DNA of 64,000 nt from contig NC_042997.1 of assembly GCF_006345805.1 (NCBI RefSeq), forward strand, positions 26,164,001 through 26,228,000, in the 5' to 3' direction. Positions within the stretch are counted from its first letter, which is position 1. Every line of letters begins with the position of its first letter. The stretch is from Octopus sinensis (taxonomy: Eukaryota). Both the position numbers and the translations under genes were made by a program. Positions 1 to 14,368 of this stretch are shown piece after piece. Under the pieces are notes generated by a model. That model made no database searches and was not told the DNA's origin. It saw nothing but the letters and a program-made list of their open reading frames with translations.

Positions 1-325
1 CGGGACTTATTCTTTGTAAGCCCAGTACTTATTCTATCGGTCTCTTTTGCCGAACCGCTAAGTGACGGGGACGTAAACACACCAGCATCGGTTGTAAAGC
101 ATTACTAGGGGTACAAACACAGACACACAAACACATACACATACATACATATACCTATATATACATATATACGACAGGCTTCTTTAAGTTTCCGTCTACC
201 AAATCCACTCACAAGGCATTGATCGGCTCGGGGCTATAGCAGAAGACACTTGCCCAAGAAGCCACGCAATGGGACTGAACCCGGAACCATGTGGTTGGTT
301 AGCAAGCTACTTACTACACAGCCAC
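1..325 (-). mobile_element. tRNA-derived SINE, family A (cut off by window start)
   Basis: Reverse complement of the 5273-5672 copy: tRNA-like head with box B-like GGTTCAGTCCC, body, and internal (TA)/(TG) tract. Confidence 0.9.
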
Positions 326-597
326 ATATGTATAATGTACTTCAGATCAGGGAAATTCTTTGGCTAATCAACAACAAATACTCTCTTGAGATTATTTTCA
401 TTTGCAAAGACTGCTATTACTTTCGTCTTGTCCAAATATAATGTATTTATAAGAAACCACTAAGATCGAACAGATTTACTTTTTATTACTAATAATTATA
501 TTTAATTCTGTTGAATGAATAAGGTATTAGTCAAGTACTAGTATAGATGTAACGGACTAACAAAATTTACTTCAAAATTGCTGGTTTTATGCTTAAA

Positions 598-1028
598 CTA
601 ACAGCACAGCCCGGCGTTGCCCGGGTATGTAAGAGCCCCTAGTAGGCAACGACTAATCCCAATCTAGTTCTTTCCCTCTAGGGAACGAAGGCGCATGTGT
701 AGGTTGCAATGTCTTCTCTTCACTCGAATACTTCTATGTATACGATGTTCCTAGCTGTCTCCCGATTGCAAGTTGCGAAAACTACAACAGAAAATGTGTT
801 GCATATAAAAAGCTTAGATTCTCGACCCCATGTCGAATTTATCGGGTTTTTTTCAGAACTGGGGGAACTTTTCAAAATTTCCGCTGCGTTAGTTTTGAAT
901 TATGACATTGGGCTATGTGTGTGTCAAGTTTCATCAGAATCGGTTGAAAGCCGTGGTCAGGGTGAGGGTGCAACCTGACAGCCACACAGACACACAGATA
1001 GACAAACTGCCGTTTATATAGAGAGAGA
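598..1028 (-). mobile_element. Non-autonomous Helitron
   Basis: On the minus strand it starts A|TC(TC)nTATATAAACGGCAG and ends with CCCGGGCAACGCCGGG plus TTAG|T. About 210 bp of the 5' end is shared with 6192-6529 and 45430-45797. Confidence 0.8.
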
Positions 1029-1250
1029 TATGAAACCAAGATTCTCATAGCAAATATATGTGTGCGTGTACGTGTGTGTGTTAGGAAACGATATTGTATT
1101 TCCCAGTTATTGTTATCTCCCTCCCGCCCTCGCAACTATTCTTAAATCAGCATTTCTTTTATTTCGCCCTCATTCTAGCAGATATCTCCTCTTTCCACTA
1201 ACACTTTTACCTTACCTTTCGGCTAAGCTACTTTTCTCTCTCCCCCCCTC

Positions 1251-1288
<38 letters not shown>

Positions 1289-2535
1289 AGGAATCCTTTT
1301 CTTTTTCATACTTTTGGCATTTCACTTCTCTCTGATGCAGAGTTTTAGCTGGAAAATTAAACTGTTCTTCCTCGTATTCTTAAATTTCATTTGCAGTTTA
1401 ATCTATAATTTGTCTAATGTATTGTTTATACACAGCTTCATTTGTTTCTTTATAATGAATTATTGCGAAGCTTAAGAATCTTGTAAGTCTGATGGTTTGT
1501 CGGGTTTCTGTCTTTGCTAAATTTTCCAAGAGTGCAATAAATCCTGTAGAAATGTTGGACTTCATTTTAAAAACGTTCGTCTCTTGACTACAGTAAGAAA
1601 TGCAGATCTTTGTGGTAGACTATGTTTTAGAGAAGATGTGGTTGCAATTTCTACCTTTCTAGTTTTCTCTCCCACCCTTCCCTATTCTTCTCCCCTCCCC
1701 TTCACCGTTCCCTCTCTCTCTTATTCCTCCTCCTCCTCCTCCTCGACTCTCGTCACTGACACGTGACCAGAGGGAAGTCAGCTTTCCAACTGCTATCTTC
1801 ACCAACACCTGACCGGTTATCATGTCTCTCTCATAAGCTGTCTCCTTGAGCATTCACAATAATTTTTCCATCGTCTTAGCTTAACAACCCTCATCGTTTG
1901 TTTTTTTTACCGTGTTATTCTCTTCGTTCTGTTTTTTACTGTTTTTAATTTTATTGGTTTTACTGTCTTGTTTTGTTCTTACTGTCCTGTTCTTGTTACC
2001 ACTTTTACCCCTCCGCAAAAAATCCCAGATTTTATTTAATTTGCTTTGCGGGAAGGACTGTTTCAACGAAGTTGCGTCTTGTCCTTACCTTCGGAACGCG
2101 GAGTAGACGAAACAGGGACAACTAAGAAGGTGAATATTCTTTGTGTTGTATGTCTTCTACTCTGTTTTTTCGTTGTTTGAAAAAAAGTTCTTTTCCATAT
2201 TTTTGTTTTTATGTTTTCGTTTCTCATTGTGTTCAACGTTTTTTTTATATCCTGTACCCATATATACATGTATATATACATATAGATGTAGGTATGTACA
2301 TATATGTATGTATATATGCATATATTTATATATTATTTATATTATTATATGATCGAACGCATCCTTTTCCAATTAAGTTATATATATATATATAACATAC
2401 ACACAATATATGTACTTATATGGGCAGATATGAATACCAATGTAAGTTTATTTAGATATTATGCTCCATATAGTTAAGTATAGGCATAAAGAATGTTATC
2501 TCAGTTGATGTGTGTGTGTGTGTCAATGTATATTT

Positions 2536-2938
2536 CTCTTTTTACTCTTTTACTTGTTTCAGTCATTTGACTGTGGCCATGATGGAGTACCGCCTTTAGT
2601 CGAACAAATCGACCCTATGACTTATTCTTTGTAAGCCTGGTACTTATTCTATTGGTATCTTTTGCCGAACCGCTTGGTTATGAGGACGTAAATACACCAG
2701 CATCGGTTGTCAAGCGATGTTGTGGGGACAAACACAGACACTCAAACACACACGCATATATATATACATAAATACGACGGGCTTCTTTCAGTTTCCGTCT
2801 ACCAAATCCACACACAAGGTTTTGGTCGACCGGAGGCTACAGTAGAAAACACTTGCCCAATGTACCACCCAGTGGGACTGAACCCGTAATGATGAGGTTC
2901 GTAAGCAAGCTACTTACCACACAGCCACTCCTGCGCCT
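2536..2938 (-). mobile_element. SINE family A, full length
   Basis: Head ends at ctgcgcct (2938); tail TGACTGAAACAAGTAAAAGAG on the minus strand. Confidence 0.9.
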
Positions 2939-3191
2939 ATTTGGTAGAAACAAGAAAAAGCCCTCCTATATATGAGTGTGTGTGTGTGTGTGCTTATCTG
3001 TTTGTTCCTCACGGCCGCTTGACAATCGTTTCATTGCATTACTGGAATACACATCGTCGAAACCAGCCAAGAGCCATTTATGTTAAACAATCCTTAGATT
3101 TAGTAAAAGGGGATTAAATAATTATAGATTTACATGTACACACAATGGCTTATCTAAACACGTAGCATTATTCACATATAATCCAGAGTTT

Positions 3192-3515
3192 GTGAGGGCG
3201 CGTGGCTTAGTGGTTAGGGCATTCGGCTCATGATCGTAAGGTTGTGAGTTCGATTCCCGGCGACGCGTTGCATCCTTGAGCAAGACACTTTATTTCACGT
3301 TGCTCCAGTCCACTCAGCTGGCAAAAATGAGTTGTACTTGTATTTCAAAGGGTCAGCCTTGTCACTCTCTGTGTCACGCTGATTATCCCCGAGAACTACG
3401 TTAAGGGTACACGTGTCTGTGGAATGCTCAGCCATTTGCACGTTAATTTCACGAGCAAGCTGTTCCGTTGATCGTATCAGCTGGGACCCTCGTCGTCGTA
3501 ACCGGCGGAGTCTTT
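3192..3515 (+). mobile_element. tRNA-derived SINE, family B1, with 13-bp TSD
   Basis: Box A TGGCTTAGTGG and box B GAGTTCGATTCC. TSD taatccagagttt at 3179-3191 and 3516-3528. Confidence 0.9.
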
Positions 3516-3971
3516 TAATCCAGAGTTTACACACACACACGCACACATAATTATATATACAAATATATTCGTATGTATGTATTAACTACATATAAATGCA
3601 CGTATATTTATATACATCTATGTGTGTGCGCGCGCGTAGGTGTGTATATATCTGTTGTGTGTGTTTGTGTCTATGTGATTTCGTTCTTGTGACTATGGCT
3701 ATACTTGTACGATTGTATGCTGAGTGCTGATAGAGTTAGCAGACCACAACTGGAGTGTTGTACCTCGATTATGTATTCGTCTTTGGGGGAGTTACATATT
3801 CTGTCAACACTCGTTCTGACGATATGATCAATCCATACGATTTGAAATCGAACAACAGATAATTCAATGTTTCGCTGACGCGTTTAGCAAACCAATCAGA
3901 ACCGGAGCTGTTTTTTTAACTGCCAAGAGTAGCCTCTGGTTGAAAGACAACATTCATTAAAATTTATAGTA

Positions 3972-4248
3972 AGCTAAATTACGAGGACGTAAACACACCA
4001 GCATCGGTTGTGAAGCGCTATTGGGGAGGAGACAAACACAGATACACAAACATATACACACATACATACATATATATACATATATACGACGAGCTTCCTT
4101 CAGTTTCCGTCTACCAAATCCACTCACAAGGCTTTGGTCGGCCTGAAGCTACAGTAGAAGACACTTGCCCAAGGTACCACGCACTGGGACTGAACCCGTA
4201 ACCATGTGGTTGGTAAGCAAGCTACTCACCACACAGCCACCTCTGCGC
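3972..4248 (-). mobile_element. SINE family A, partial
   Basis: Head and body match family A; the 3' tail is missing. Confidence 0.85.
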
Positions 4249-5272
4249 TCAAGTTATTAGTTAATTAATAGGGTTTCTGTATGAGGTCCACGATTCTGAA
4301 ACATACAGTCAAACGACTGGATACGAAATAACATTAATTATTAAAAAAATGTCTTTCTTTCCAAAGACAATGACGGAGAATTCAGATAACTCTGTTGTAT
4401 TTCAAACTCGGATGGCAGTCCCGTCGTCTATAGGCAAATGAGTTCACAGTGCTTTCAAAGTACTGGTTTGGTACATCTAGGAATTCGTGAACGGGTTACT
4501 AGTGTTTACAACACCAGTTTCTGACCTGTTTAGATGTAAACTTTTCTGGTGCATTATTTAAGTTTTGTTTCGCGGATACTTGAATGAAAGGTTTTGCGCG
4601 AGAGCGGAAAACGATCGATAAGGTCTTGTATTTCTTCGATTGATGTTGTGTCGAATACAGCATCCTCAATAGAAATATATGTCCGTCCTGGTCATATACC
4701 GGTCTTGGTCATATGCTGGTCTTAGTCATAGCTAACTATAAATCTCAAGCGATTTAAAAGATCACCTCTTATATAGAATTCGAATTTAACATTTTCACGA
4801 GACTGCCATAGTTACGATGGAGCATTATCGAGAAAGTGAAAGTAGAGAGAACATGAGCCATGATGTAATTTTGTTTAGTACCATAGGAAACGTCGACAGA
4901 GTCGATTGAACGAAGGTATTCATTTTCCTCATCATATGAAATGACAAGATTTAGCATATTGTCAGTTATTCCACGCCTTTTCAAGGTTGTGATCAAAACA
5001 TTTGAGCTACTGTAACGAATAGTAATCAATTCAAATTCGTTAGACCCCCAACGGAAGAGACCATGATACCAGGCCATGGTTGATGATCAGTTCCAATCCA
5101 AACTGCGAAGTCTTTCGTGAGGATAGTTTTATATACACACACATACACGTAGATAGTTATATACCCATCGTTTGACAGGTATATATAGTGATTGCTTCAT
5201 TCTATACAAGTGAGGATGTAACGACGCTATAGCACCGGCCGAACTTATATGTGGAAAACCAATCTGTTATTA

Positions 5273-5432
5273 GGCTGTGTGGTAAGTAGCTTGCTAACCA
5301 ACCACATGGTTCCGGGTTCAGTCCCACTGCGTGGCATCTTGGGCAAGTGTCTTCTGCTATAGCCTCGGGCCGACCAATGCCTTGTGAGTGGATTTGGTAG
5401 ACGGAAACTGAAAGAAGCCTGTCGTATATATG

Positions 5433-5465
<33 letters not shown>

Positions 5466-5672
5466 ATATGTTTGTATGTCCCCCTAGCATTGCTTGACAA
5501 CCGATGCTGGTGTGTTTACGTCCCCGTCACTTAGCGGTTCGGCAAAAGAGACCGATAGAATAAGTACTGGGCTTACAAAGAATAAGTCCCGGTGTCGATT
5601 TGCTCGACTAAAGGCGGTGCTCCAGCATGGCCGCGGTCAAATGACTGAAACAAGTAAAAGAGAGTAAAAGAG
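5273..5672 (+). mobile_element. SINE family A, full-length reference copy
   Basis: tRNA-like head ggctgtgtggtaagtagc...ggttccgggttcagtccc, internal (TA)n(TG)n, and tail tgactgaaacaagtaaaagagagtaaaagag. Confidence 0.9.
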
Positions 5673-5729
5673 TACAACGAATAATATTTTCTTTCGTTCA
5701 TCCATGAACTCGTATCTTTCTCTCCCCAC

Positions 5730-5771
<42 letters not shown>

Positions 5772-6014
5772 CTCCCTCTTTCTTTCTATCTTCCTCGCTA
5801 TCACTCTTTCTATGTGTGTGTATGCGAGTGTGTGTATGTGTACATACAGTTGGGGGAAATTATGTCTAACAAAAGTACAAGTTATTAGTTAATAACTATT
5901 TATACTTTTTTCTTTCGCGATGCATGCTCTCTTTATTATAACTACTAACTACTAACACTACTAATCACAGTGTATGACTAACCGCGCCATACGGGAAGCT
6001 AAATGTACTATACA

Positions 6015-6053
<39 letters not shown>

Positions 6054-6191
6054 ACTCCGTGATACACACACACGCGCAGATACACTCGCGTGTTTACCTC
6101 TATGAAAGTGCATGCATACATAAGATGACGTCGTTGGTGTTTTTGCCCACGCACATTTCTGCTAAATGGGGAGTTGTTATGCCGTGAGTTA

Positions 6192-6529
6192 TCTCTCTCT
6201 ATATAAACGGCAGTTTGTCTGTGCGTGTTTCTGTGTGTCTGTCAGGTTGTACCCTCACCCTGACCACGGCTTTCAACCGATTCTGATGAAACTTGACACA
6301 CACATAGCCCAATGTCATAATTCAAAACTAACGCAGGGAAAATTTTGAAAAGTTCCCCCAGTTCTGAAAAAAATCGATAAATTCGACATGGGGTCGAGAA
6401 TCAGAAACACAAACCGCAAACTGTCTAGGGGACGCAACTCCACCTTTTTTAACTAAAAAAAAAATTTACCATCATTTTTTTCCAGTTATTTCCCTTACAA
6501 ACCTGAGCAACGCCGGGCGATACTGCTAG
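6192..6529 (+). mobile_element. Non-autonomous Helitron
   Basis: A|TC start, subterminal cctgagcaacgccggg, CTAG|T end and no TSD, all Helitron hallmarks. Confidence 0.85.
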
Positions 6530-8677
6530 TAAATGATAAAAAGCGCCATATTTTATGCGTCTTCAGTTCAATATCTTTATAACATACTGTTCGTTGCAGG
6601 ATCTAAATATGTTTTCATGAATGAATTTGATTGACTTTCACATATGTATGCTTATATACATAACTATATATGTGTGTAATACACACACACCACACACACA
6701 CACACACATTCATATAAAACATACACAATATTTGTACTTATATGAACAGATATGATTCTATGAATACCAATGTAAGGTAATGTAGATATTATGTTCCATA
6801 TAGGTAAGTATATGTATAAAGAATCATATTTCAGTTGATGTGTGTGTGTGTGTGTGTGTATGTGTGTGTATCTATGTAAATAATTATAGATTTACATGTA
6901 GGCACAATGTTTTATGTAAATATGTAGCCTTATGCACATATAATCCAGAGTTTATTTTATATATGTACCTACATGTATAAACGTTGTATGTAATATATTA
7001 ATATGTGTGAATGTATATATGAATGTGTATGTCAATACGTGTGAATGTTTGCACGAATTTGTATGTCAGTATGTGTATTTTTTTCTATCTATCTGGTTCC
7101 AAATGTTCGTATATAAATACATTGCAAATACACAAATATATAGACGGTCGGTAGTGGAAACATGTAACGAGAATCTGATGGCTTAGACTTTTCCCGCGAG
7201 ATACCCCTAGTCTATCGCAAAAAAGAAATACGTTCATATCTATGCATATTTTATTAACGCCTATTTCCCTCCCTCCCCTATGTAAATTATATTTTTTTAG
7301 TTCCTTTCGTGATTTTTTTTCTGCACATAATATTTGTATCTTCGTAAACCTCTATATGCAGACGTATATTCATATATATATATATATTATATATATATAT
7401 ATATATGTCCTGTACTCATATATGCGTGTATATGTACATGTAGAGGTAGGTACGTACATATATGTTTATATATATGCATATGTTTTATTTCATTTATTAA
7501 TATATTATATATTATATATATATATATATATATTACTACATACACACACACACATGTACACACATACATACATATATATACATATATATATGTATATATA
7601 TACACACATTCAATTGAAAGAAATCCATTTATTTATCCAGTTACTTATAAATTATGCATACACTCTGTATAAAAATATGCAAGATATTTAAAAAGTTAAT
7701 GATAAAACAGCAACAACAACAACAACAACAACAACAACAAATGAAGATAGTAATAATATCAACAATGATAATCATAATCATAGAGATGATGATGATGATG
7801 GTGATTGTGGTGGTGGCGGTGGTGGTATTTTGAATTTAATACTTATTTATACTTTACGTTTAATGCTCGCTTAAAAATATCTATTTCTTTCTTTTTTTTC
7901 ATATTTCAGTATTTGTTTTTTAGCTGTTCTTTTCTTCTTTTTTTTTATTTGGGATTTTTTGATCTTGTTTTTTCTTCTCTTACAACATAGCTATCAGCAC
8001 TTCGTAGATCAAGCACAGATAGAATTGTTACTTCGGCCCTCAGCGTGACAGTTAAAGTAACCAATCAGATTCATTGTTAATGATCAACTGACGGAGCCAG
8101 TCACCGCAGGGACGAATATAGGAAGAAAGACAAGCCAATTTGCTAGTAACGGCGCCTGGCCATCCCAATCTGGTCTCTATCAAATAGATAATCGTTTCTT
8201 GTGAAAAGGCCGGTGGCGCAGTAAGCTAGAGGCCATTATCGGCAACCCAAACGCGAACAACAACTTGCAACAAGAGATCAGAGGTGAAGAGAATTCATTA
8301 TTCATAAGTTGGTCATTGCCAGCAGAAATGGAACGCTTTCTCAACCTTTCGTTTTCGTTTTCTTATTAACAGACCATGTTCAGAAGCAACACGCCTAATG
8401 AAATGAACTTGCATTTCAAGAGACACATAATTCAATTTTTGCAGATGGTTATGCGGTGGTAATAGCGGATTGCACCTGCTAGACACAGAAGTGTGTGGGT
8501 TATGAAAAAAGGAGGCGGGAAATTGGTTTAAGATGGAGACCGCAATCGCTGATAACAGAAGATAAAGAAAAACACAACGGTTTCTAAACAAACGATGAAA
8601 AAGTATACACAACATACATAAAAACAAATCTCTTCCCCTACATCTCTATATATTTATATATATATATATATTATATA

Positions 8678-8717
<40 letters not shown>

Positions 8718-9239
8718 TAGGTGTGTGTGTGGGTGGATATAAATGTGTGCGTGTTTGTGTTTACACATTCATACATATGCGTCCTGGAAACGGAGAAAAT
8801 ATGACGTTAGTGGATGAGAAGGGAGAAGAGATGTGGCGAAATAAACGTCGAAAGTTGCCGAAAATAGAACAACAATTATTCAGAGATTCAGGAAATAATA
8901 AAATAAGCTGTTGTGCTAAATCTGTGGTGAAAAGCAAGAAAAGATGTTGCGGTTGCTATTTTTCAGTTACACAGAATCATTTTTTTTAAACGAATTTGAT
9001 ATTTATTTGTTTGTTTTCAACCTAATTTAAATACAACAATATATTATGGATATTAAGAGAGAGGACATATACTCAGTGAAAATTCAAAATAAATAGCAAC
9101 AACAACCACACGAAGGACATTTTGAAGCCACTGAATGAAAAAGCAAATTCAATCTGTATATTATTTTTCACTTTTTTTTTTCTTTGTTTACTTTTAAAGT
9201 TTTTCTGTGCGAATTTGCTGGATATGTTTAAAAGCATAG

Positions 9240-9640
9240 TGGTTGTGTGGTAAGTAGCTTGCTTACCAACCACATGGTTCCGAGTTCAGTCCCATTGCGT
9301 GGCACCTTAGGAAAATGTCTTCTACTATAGCCTCGGGCCGACCAAAGCTTAATGAGTGGATTTGGTAGATGGAAACTGAAAGAAGCCCGTCGTATATATA
9401 TATATGTATAAATATGTGTGTGTGTTTGTGCGTCTGTATTTGTCCCCCCCCCCAACATCATTTGACAACCGATGCTGGTTTTCTTACGTCCCCGTGACTT
9501 AGCGGTTCGGCAAAAGAGACCGATAGAATAAGTACTAAACTTACAAATAATAAGTTCTGGAGTCGATTTGTTCGACTAAAGGTGGTGCTCCAGCATGGCC
9601 ACAGTCAACTGACTGAAACAAGTAAAAGAGTAAAATGAGT
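9240..9640 (+). mobile_element. SINE family A
   Basis: Colinear with 5273-5672. Confidence 0.9.
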
Positions 9641-10015
9641 ATGATTTCAAGCTATAATTAATGTATGACAATCTACCAACATTTTAGTACCTTCTCCCAG
9701 ACGGATCTATCTATCTATCTATCTATCTATTTATCTACCTGTCTGTCTAATATATCTATCTATTTCTCGAACTATGTTTCTCTGTCTCTGTCTGTCTGTC
9801 TCTGTCTCTGTCTCTCTCTCTCGTTTTATATATACGTTCGCAGTTAATTGAAACATAACTGAAATGATATAACGAACGGAATGTAATGAGAAATAGCGTT
9901 ATATCTAAAAAAATTTCTCACAAAACGAAGTTAGTTTATATCTTCAACGTAAGAATCAAATTGTTGATATCATTCTCTATTCATCCACACCTAAGATTTA
10001 TTTTAAAATAGTACC

Positions 10016-10246
10016 TATTTCTTTACTACTCACAAGGGGCTAAACACAGAGGGGATAAACAAGGACAGAGAAACGGATTAAGTCGACCATATCGACCCCA
10101 TTGCGTATCTGGTACTTAATTTATCGACCCCGAAAGGATGAAAAGCAAAGTCGACCTTGGCGGAATTTGAACTCAGAACGTAACGGCAGACGAAATACGG
10201 CTACGCATTTCGCCCAGCGTGCTAACGTTTCTGCCGGCTCGCCACC
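10016..10246 (-). mobile_element. tRNA-derived SINE, family C, with 14-bp TSD
   Basis: Head ggcgagccggcagaaacgttagcacg and box B GAGTTCAAATTCC on the minus strand. TSD tttaaaatagtacc at 10002-10015 and 10247-10260. Confidence 0.9.
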
Positions 10247-10354
10247 TTTAAAATAGTACCATAAGAGTTCAAATGAAGGAAATGCATAAGCAGCACAGTT
10301 TCATATATTGGGACACCAGTCGATATAGAAACAAATTCATTGATCGCTCGGTGG

Positions 10355-10948
<594 letters not shown>

Positions 10949-10949
<1 letters not shown>

Positions 10950-12865
10950 TGTTTCTTTATTAGCCACACAGGGCTGCACACAGACGGGACAAGATTACAA
11001 AGTAGAGCTTTTCTTTTTTGGCGGAAAAAAAGGTGGGCTAGGTTTTCCATCAAAAGGGATCGTAAAAGGGAAAGAAAAATAAAGAAATAAAAGAAAAGAA
11101 AAAAGAAGAAAAAAGGGAAAAAACCGATCAATAGAGATGGTGTATCACAGTGTCATAATGTAAGGTGTAAAGGGGGAAGCAGATAAGGTTTATCCGTGGG
11201 AAGAAAAGTCATGGAAAAGACCACGGTAACCTCGGTCAATATTGTTACATTTTACCACATTTGTTTGCAAGTGGGTAACCCTATGTTTTAAATTTCCAGG
11301 TTCATAGGATTATGCTCAAGGTGGCTTCGTCATTCATACGTGCCATCCTTGCTACATTCACCCATCTTTTTTAAAAACATTCGCTAGACAAAACTTGCCT
11401 CTCTACTCTCACTTTCCTTTTCAAGTGGTACTTGAAGAAGTTGATGATTGACCAGAGAGGAAGGTGTTTGTCTCCAATCCTTTCAGATGCGTCCACCAGA
11501 TACATTCTTTCGCCATAGCCACAAGGATAATGAAAATAGCTCTTCCTTCCCGTTTGAAGGAAGGAGGTGTGACAATATTGACGATAGACTCGGCTGGTAA
11601 ACCGACTCGTCCCACACGTGACAGCAGTTGTTCGACATAAGCCCACAAGTCTAAAATTGTTGGTCACTGCACAAGTGCGTGCAGAACGGTTTCGTCGCTC
11701 TTCCCGCATCTCGGGCAAGTCGGCCTCGTGTTTCTCGAGCCGTGTCTGTAGAGCTTATCCCGAACGGGTAGCGCTTCTCGGTAGCACTGCCAGGCCAGGG
11801 ATCTCTAGAAGTTGTCCATGGGCCCTGAACAGGCGCGTCAGGTATTCCTCGTCGACGCCCAGGTTCGCCCCAAGATCGTCGTCGTACCTCCCCTCCACTA
11901 ATCCCCTATAGAATGCTTGGGTTGTGTTGGAGTCACTCAAGGTCGACCTGGGACGATAGAGTTGCTTGAGAGCAACGCGATACTCGCGGTGCCATTCGCC
12001 CTTTCTCGGCCTCTTTTTGATCCACGACTGCAGTTTGGTCATGGAGACGAGTTTCGGGAAAGCGTGCCTCACAAACGGCGACCACTCTTGTTCACCGTCG
12101 TCTACGTAGAGCCTGAGATGTCGCAGTCTCAGCGCGTGTCTGCGCATCATCAACCACGGCATGCCCAGTCCTCCTTTTAACGAGTGTTGACAGCAAATGG
12201 ATCGCCTCACCATCGGGACGCATCCTTTCCACAAGAAGCGAATGAGAATGCGTTCTAGTTTGGTGATGGTAGGGTCGGGACAAGGCACGACGGTCAGGCG
12301 GTAGTAGATGGCAGACGCGATGTACGAGTTCGCCACCTCCGCTCGACCTTTTAGGGACAGTTTCCTCTCGGCCCATTGCCGGGCGAGAGTGACCACCCTA
12401 CTCGTTATCTCGTTCCAGTTCTTCTCCATTTGGGGGTCCGAACCAAACCAGGCCCCGAGCAACTCGACCGGATCGTTGGTCCAGCGTCCCACGACGGAGG
12501 CACTGGTAGACGGCATGAGCTTGCTTCTCCAGGTGCCGAGTCGCAAGCTCACTGATTTTTCCCGGTTGATTTTCGCTCCTGTCACCTCTTCGTAGTTTTT
12601 CAGTGTCTCGCCGACCTGCTCGATGTGCTCGTGGCTAGACACTATGACGGTGATGTCGTCTGCGTATGCAGACACGCTCGTCCCGCATCCCAGTTCTCGC
12701 GGGATGCCCCTCAGAGTTGCCAGCTTCCGCAATAATGACTCGAGAGTCAATACGTAGAGAAGCGACGAGAGGGGGCACTCCTGACAGACCGAACGTGCGA
12801 TGTCGAAAGGTCTCGATAGATGTCCATTTACGCGAATTACCGAACGGAAGATAGAGTGGGACATG
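10949..12865 (-). mobile_element. 5'-truncated, decayed Tx1/L1-clade non-LTR retrotransposon (RT C-terminal half, CCHC remnant, 3' UTR)
   Basis: ORF 11755-12882 has the RT motifs SVCQECPLSSLLY (degenerate QGCPLSP), AYADD, KINREKS, KLSLKGR and GGLGMP. After a frameshift comes CPRCGKSDETVLHALVQ*. The 3' end is AATAAAGAAAC joined to (TATC)n. Confidence 0.9.
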
Positions 12866-13203
12866 GAGAGTGAGAGATACAAAGAAAGAGCAACTAAACA
12901 TACAAAATGACTAATTGAGATTTATTAAATACTAAAGAGGAGGAGCGACATGTGTGTTGCGTTGTTGAACATAACGCTTTATTTGCACCAGTTCACTCTC
13001 CTGTAGAATTGAGTTGCGATGTCACTGGTACCAAGCTGTATCGGCCTTGTGGCGTGGAAACGGGAGGCTTCTATGCATAGGTAACTGTTGGTCTTCCACA
13101 AAAACAATCTTGTCCAGACTTGTACCTCAGAGGAGAACTTTGTAGGTGCAATCCCTTGGTTATTCATGACCGAAGGTAGTCTTTACATACGTACATACGT
13201 ACG

Positions 13204-14100
13204 TACGAGGTTCGGCTGAAAATATTATAGGCTGACCAAGACGCTCTCATGGAATGTGACCAAATGAGATTTATTTTAAAACAAATTCTTACCTTGCAGT
13301 CCACACACTTCTATTGATGTCGCCATACTTGAATCCCATTGCTAAAGAAGCTATCATTCTGTTAATCAAAACCAGACATGGCGTCATCATCACTGCGATA
13401 CTGGTTCCCAGTGCTGGCGAACAGACGATACTCAAGTGGGAACTAACCAGGAGAATAGGGAGGATGATAAACAAGTTTAAAGCCACAGTCATGCACAGTA
13501 GCCATTGAAACCAATGACTTGTTAACTGGAACCTTGTCCTGATGAAACAAAACACCTTTCGTTAGCTTTTCTGGGCGCTTGGACTTGATGGAATTTCGCA
13601 ACTGCTGTGACTTTTTTGAAGATAGTCAATAAACACAGTGCCTTTTGCATCCCAAAAACTGAGGTCATTACCTTCCTTGCAGATCAAACGACTTTTGACT
13701 ATTTTAGAGCAGGTGAGGAGGGATGTTTCCACATCATTGGTTGTCTCTTTGTCTCTGGTTCAAAGTGATGGTCCCATTATGTGCGCTGGATTATAAAACG
13801 TTCAAGGAAACCAGCTGGATCTGCCTCAAACAATGTCAAATTTTTCAGTGATGTGATTAGCCTGGTTTGCTTTTGATGAGGTGTTTGAAGATATGGCACC
13901 CACCCAGAAGAAACTTTCATCGTGACAACTTCATTGTGTAGGATATTCTCATCTCTTTCATGGATTCTGTCAAGAGCATTGGCTATTTGATTTATTGTCA
14001 ATCGCCTGTCACTTATCATCGTAGGGTGAACACGATCAATGTTTTCCTCGGTGGTGACAGTTGCAGAACTTTCAGACCTTGGGTCTTCTTAAACACTATC
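13204..14100 (-). pseudogene. Decayed mariner transposase with one TIR-like end
   Basis: Fragments SSGWVPYLQTPHQK (WVPxxL), CGFKLVYHPPYSPG (YSPDLAP), GNQYRSDDD and KCVDCK. TA-cgaggttcggctgaaaa end at 13204. Confidence 0.85.
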
Positions 14101-14146
14101 CCTTTCCCTCCTACATTCAACTACCCATACTTACATGCATAATACC

Positions 14147-14368
14147 TATTTCTTTACTACCCACAAGGGGGCTGAACACAGAGAGGACAAACAAACGGAT
14201 TAAGTCGATTACATCGAACCCAGTGCGTAACTGGTACTTGATTTATCGACCCCGAGAGGATGAAAGGCAAAGTCGACCTCGACGGAATTTGAACTCAGAA
14301 CGTAACGGCAGACGAAATACAGCCAAGCATTTCGTCCGGCGTGTTAACGATTCGGCCAGCTCACCACC
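14147..14368 (-). mobile_element. SINE family C with about 16-bp TSD
   Basis: Matches 10016-10246. TSD tta[c/t]atgcataatacc at 14131-14146 and 14369-14384. Confidence 0.9.
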
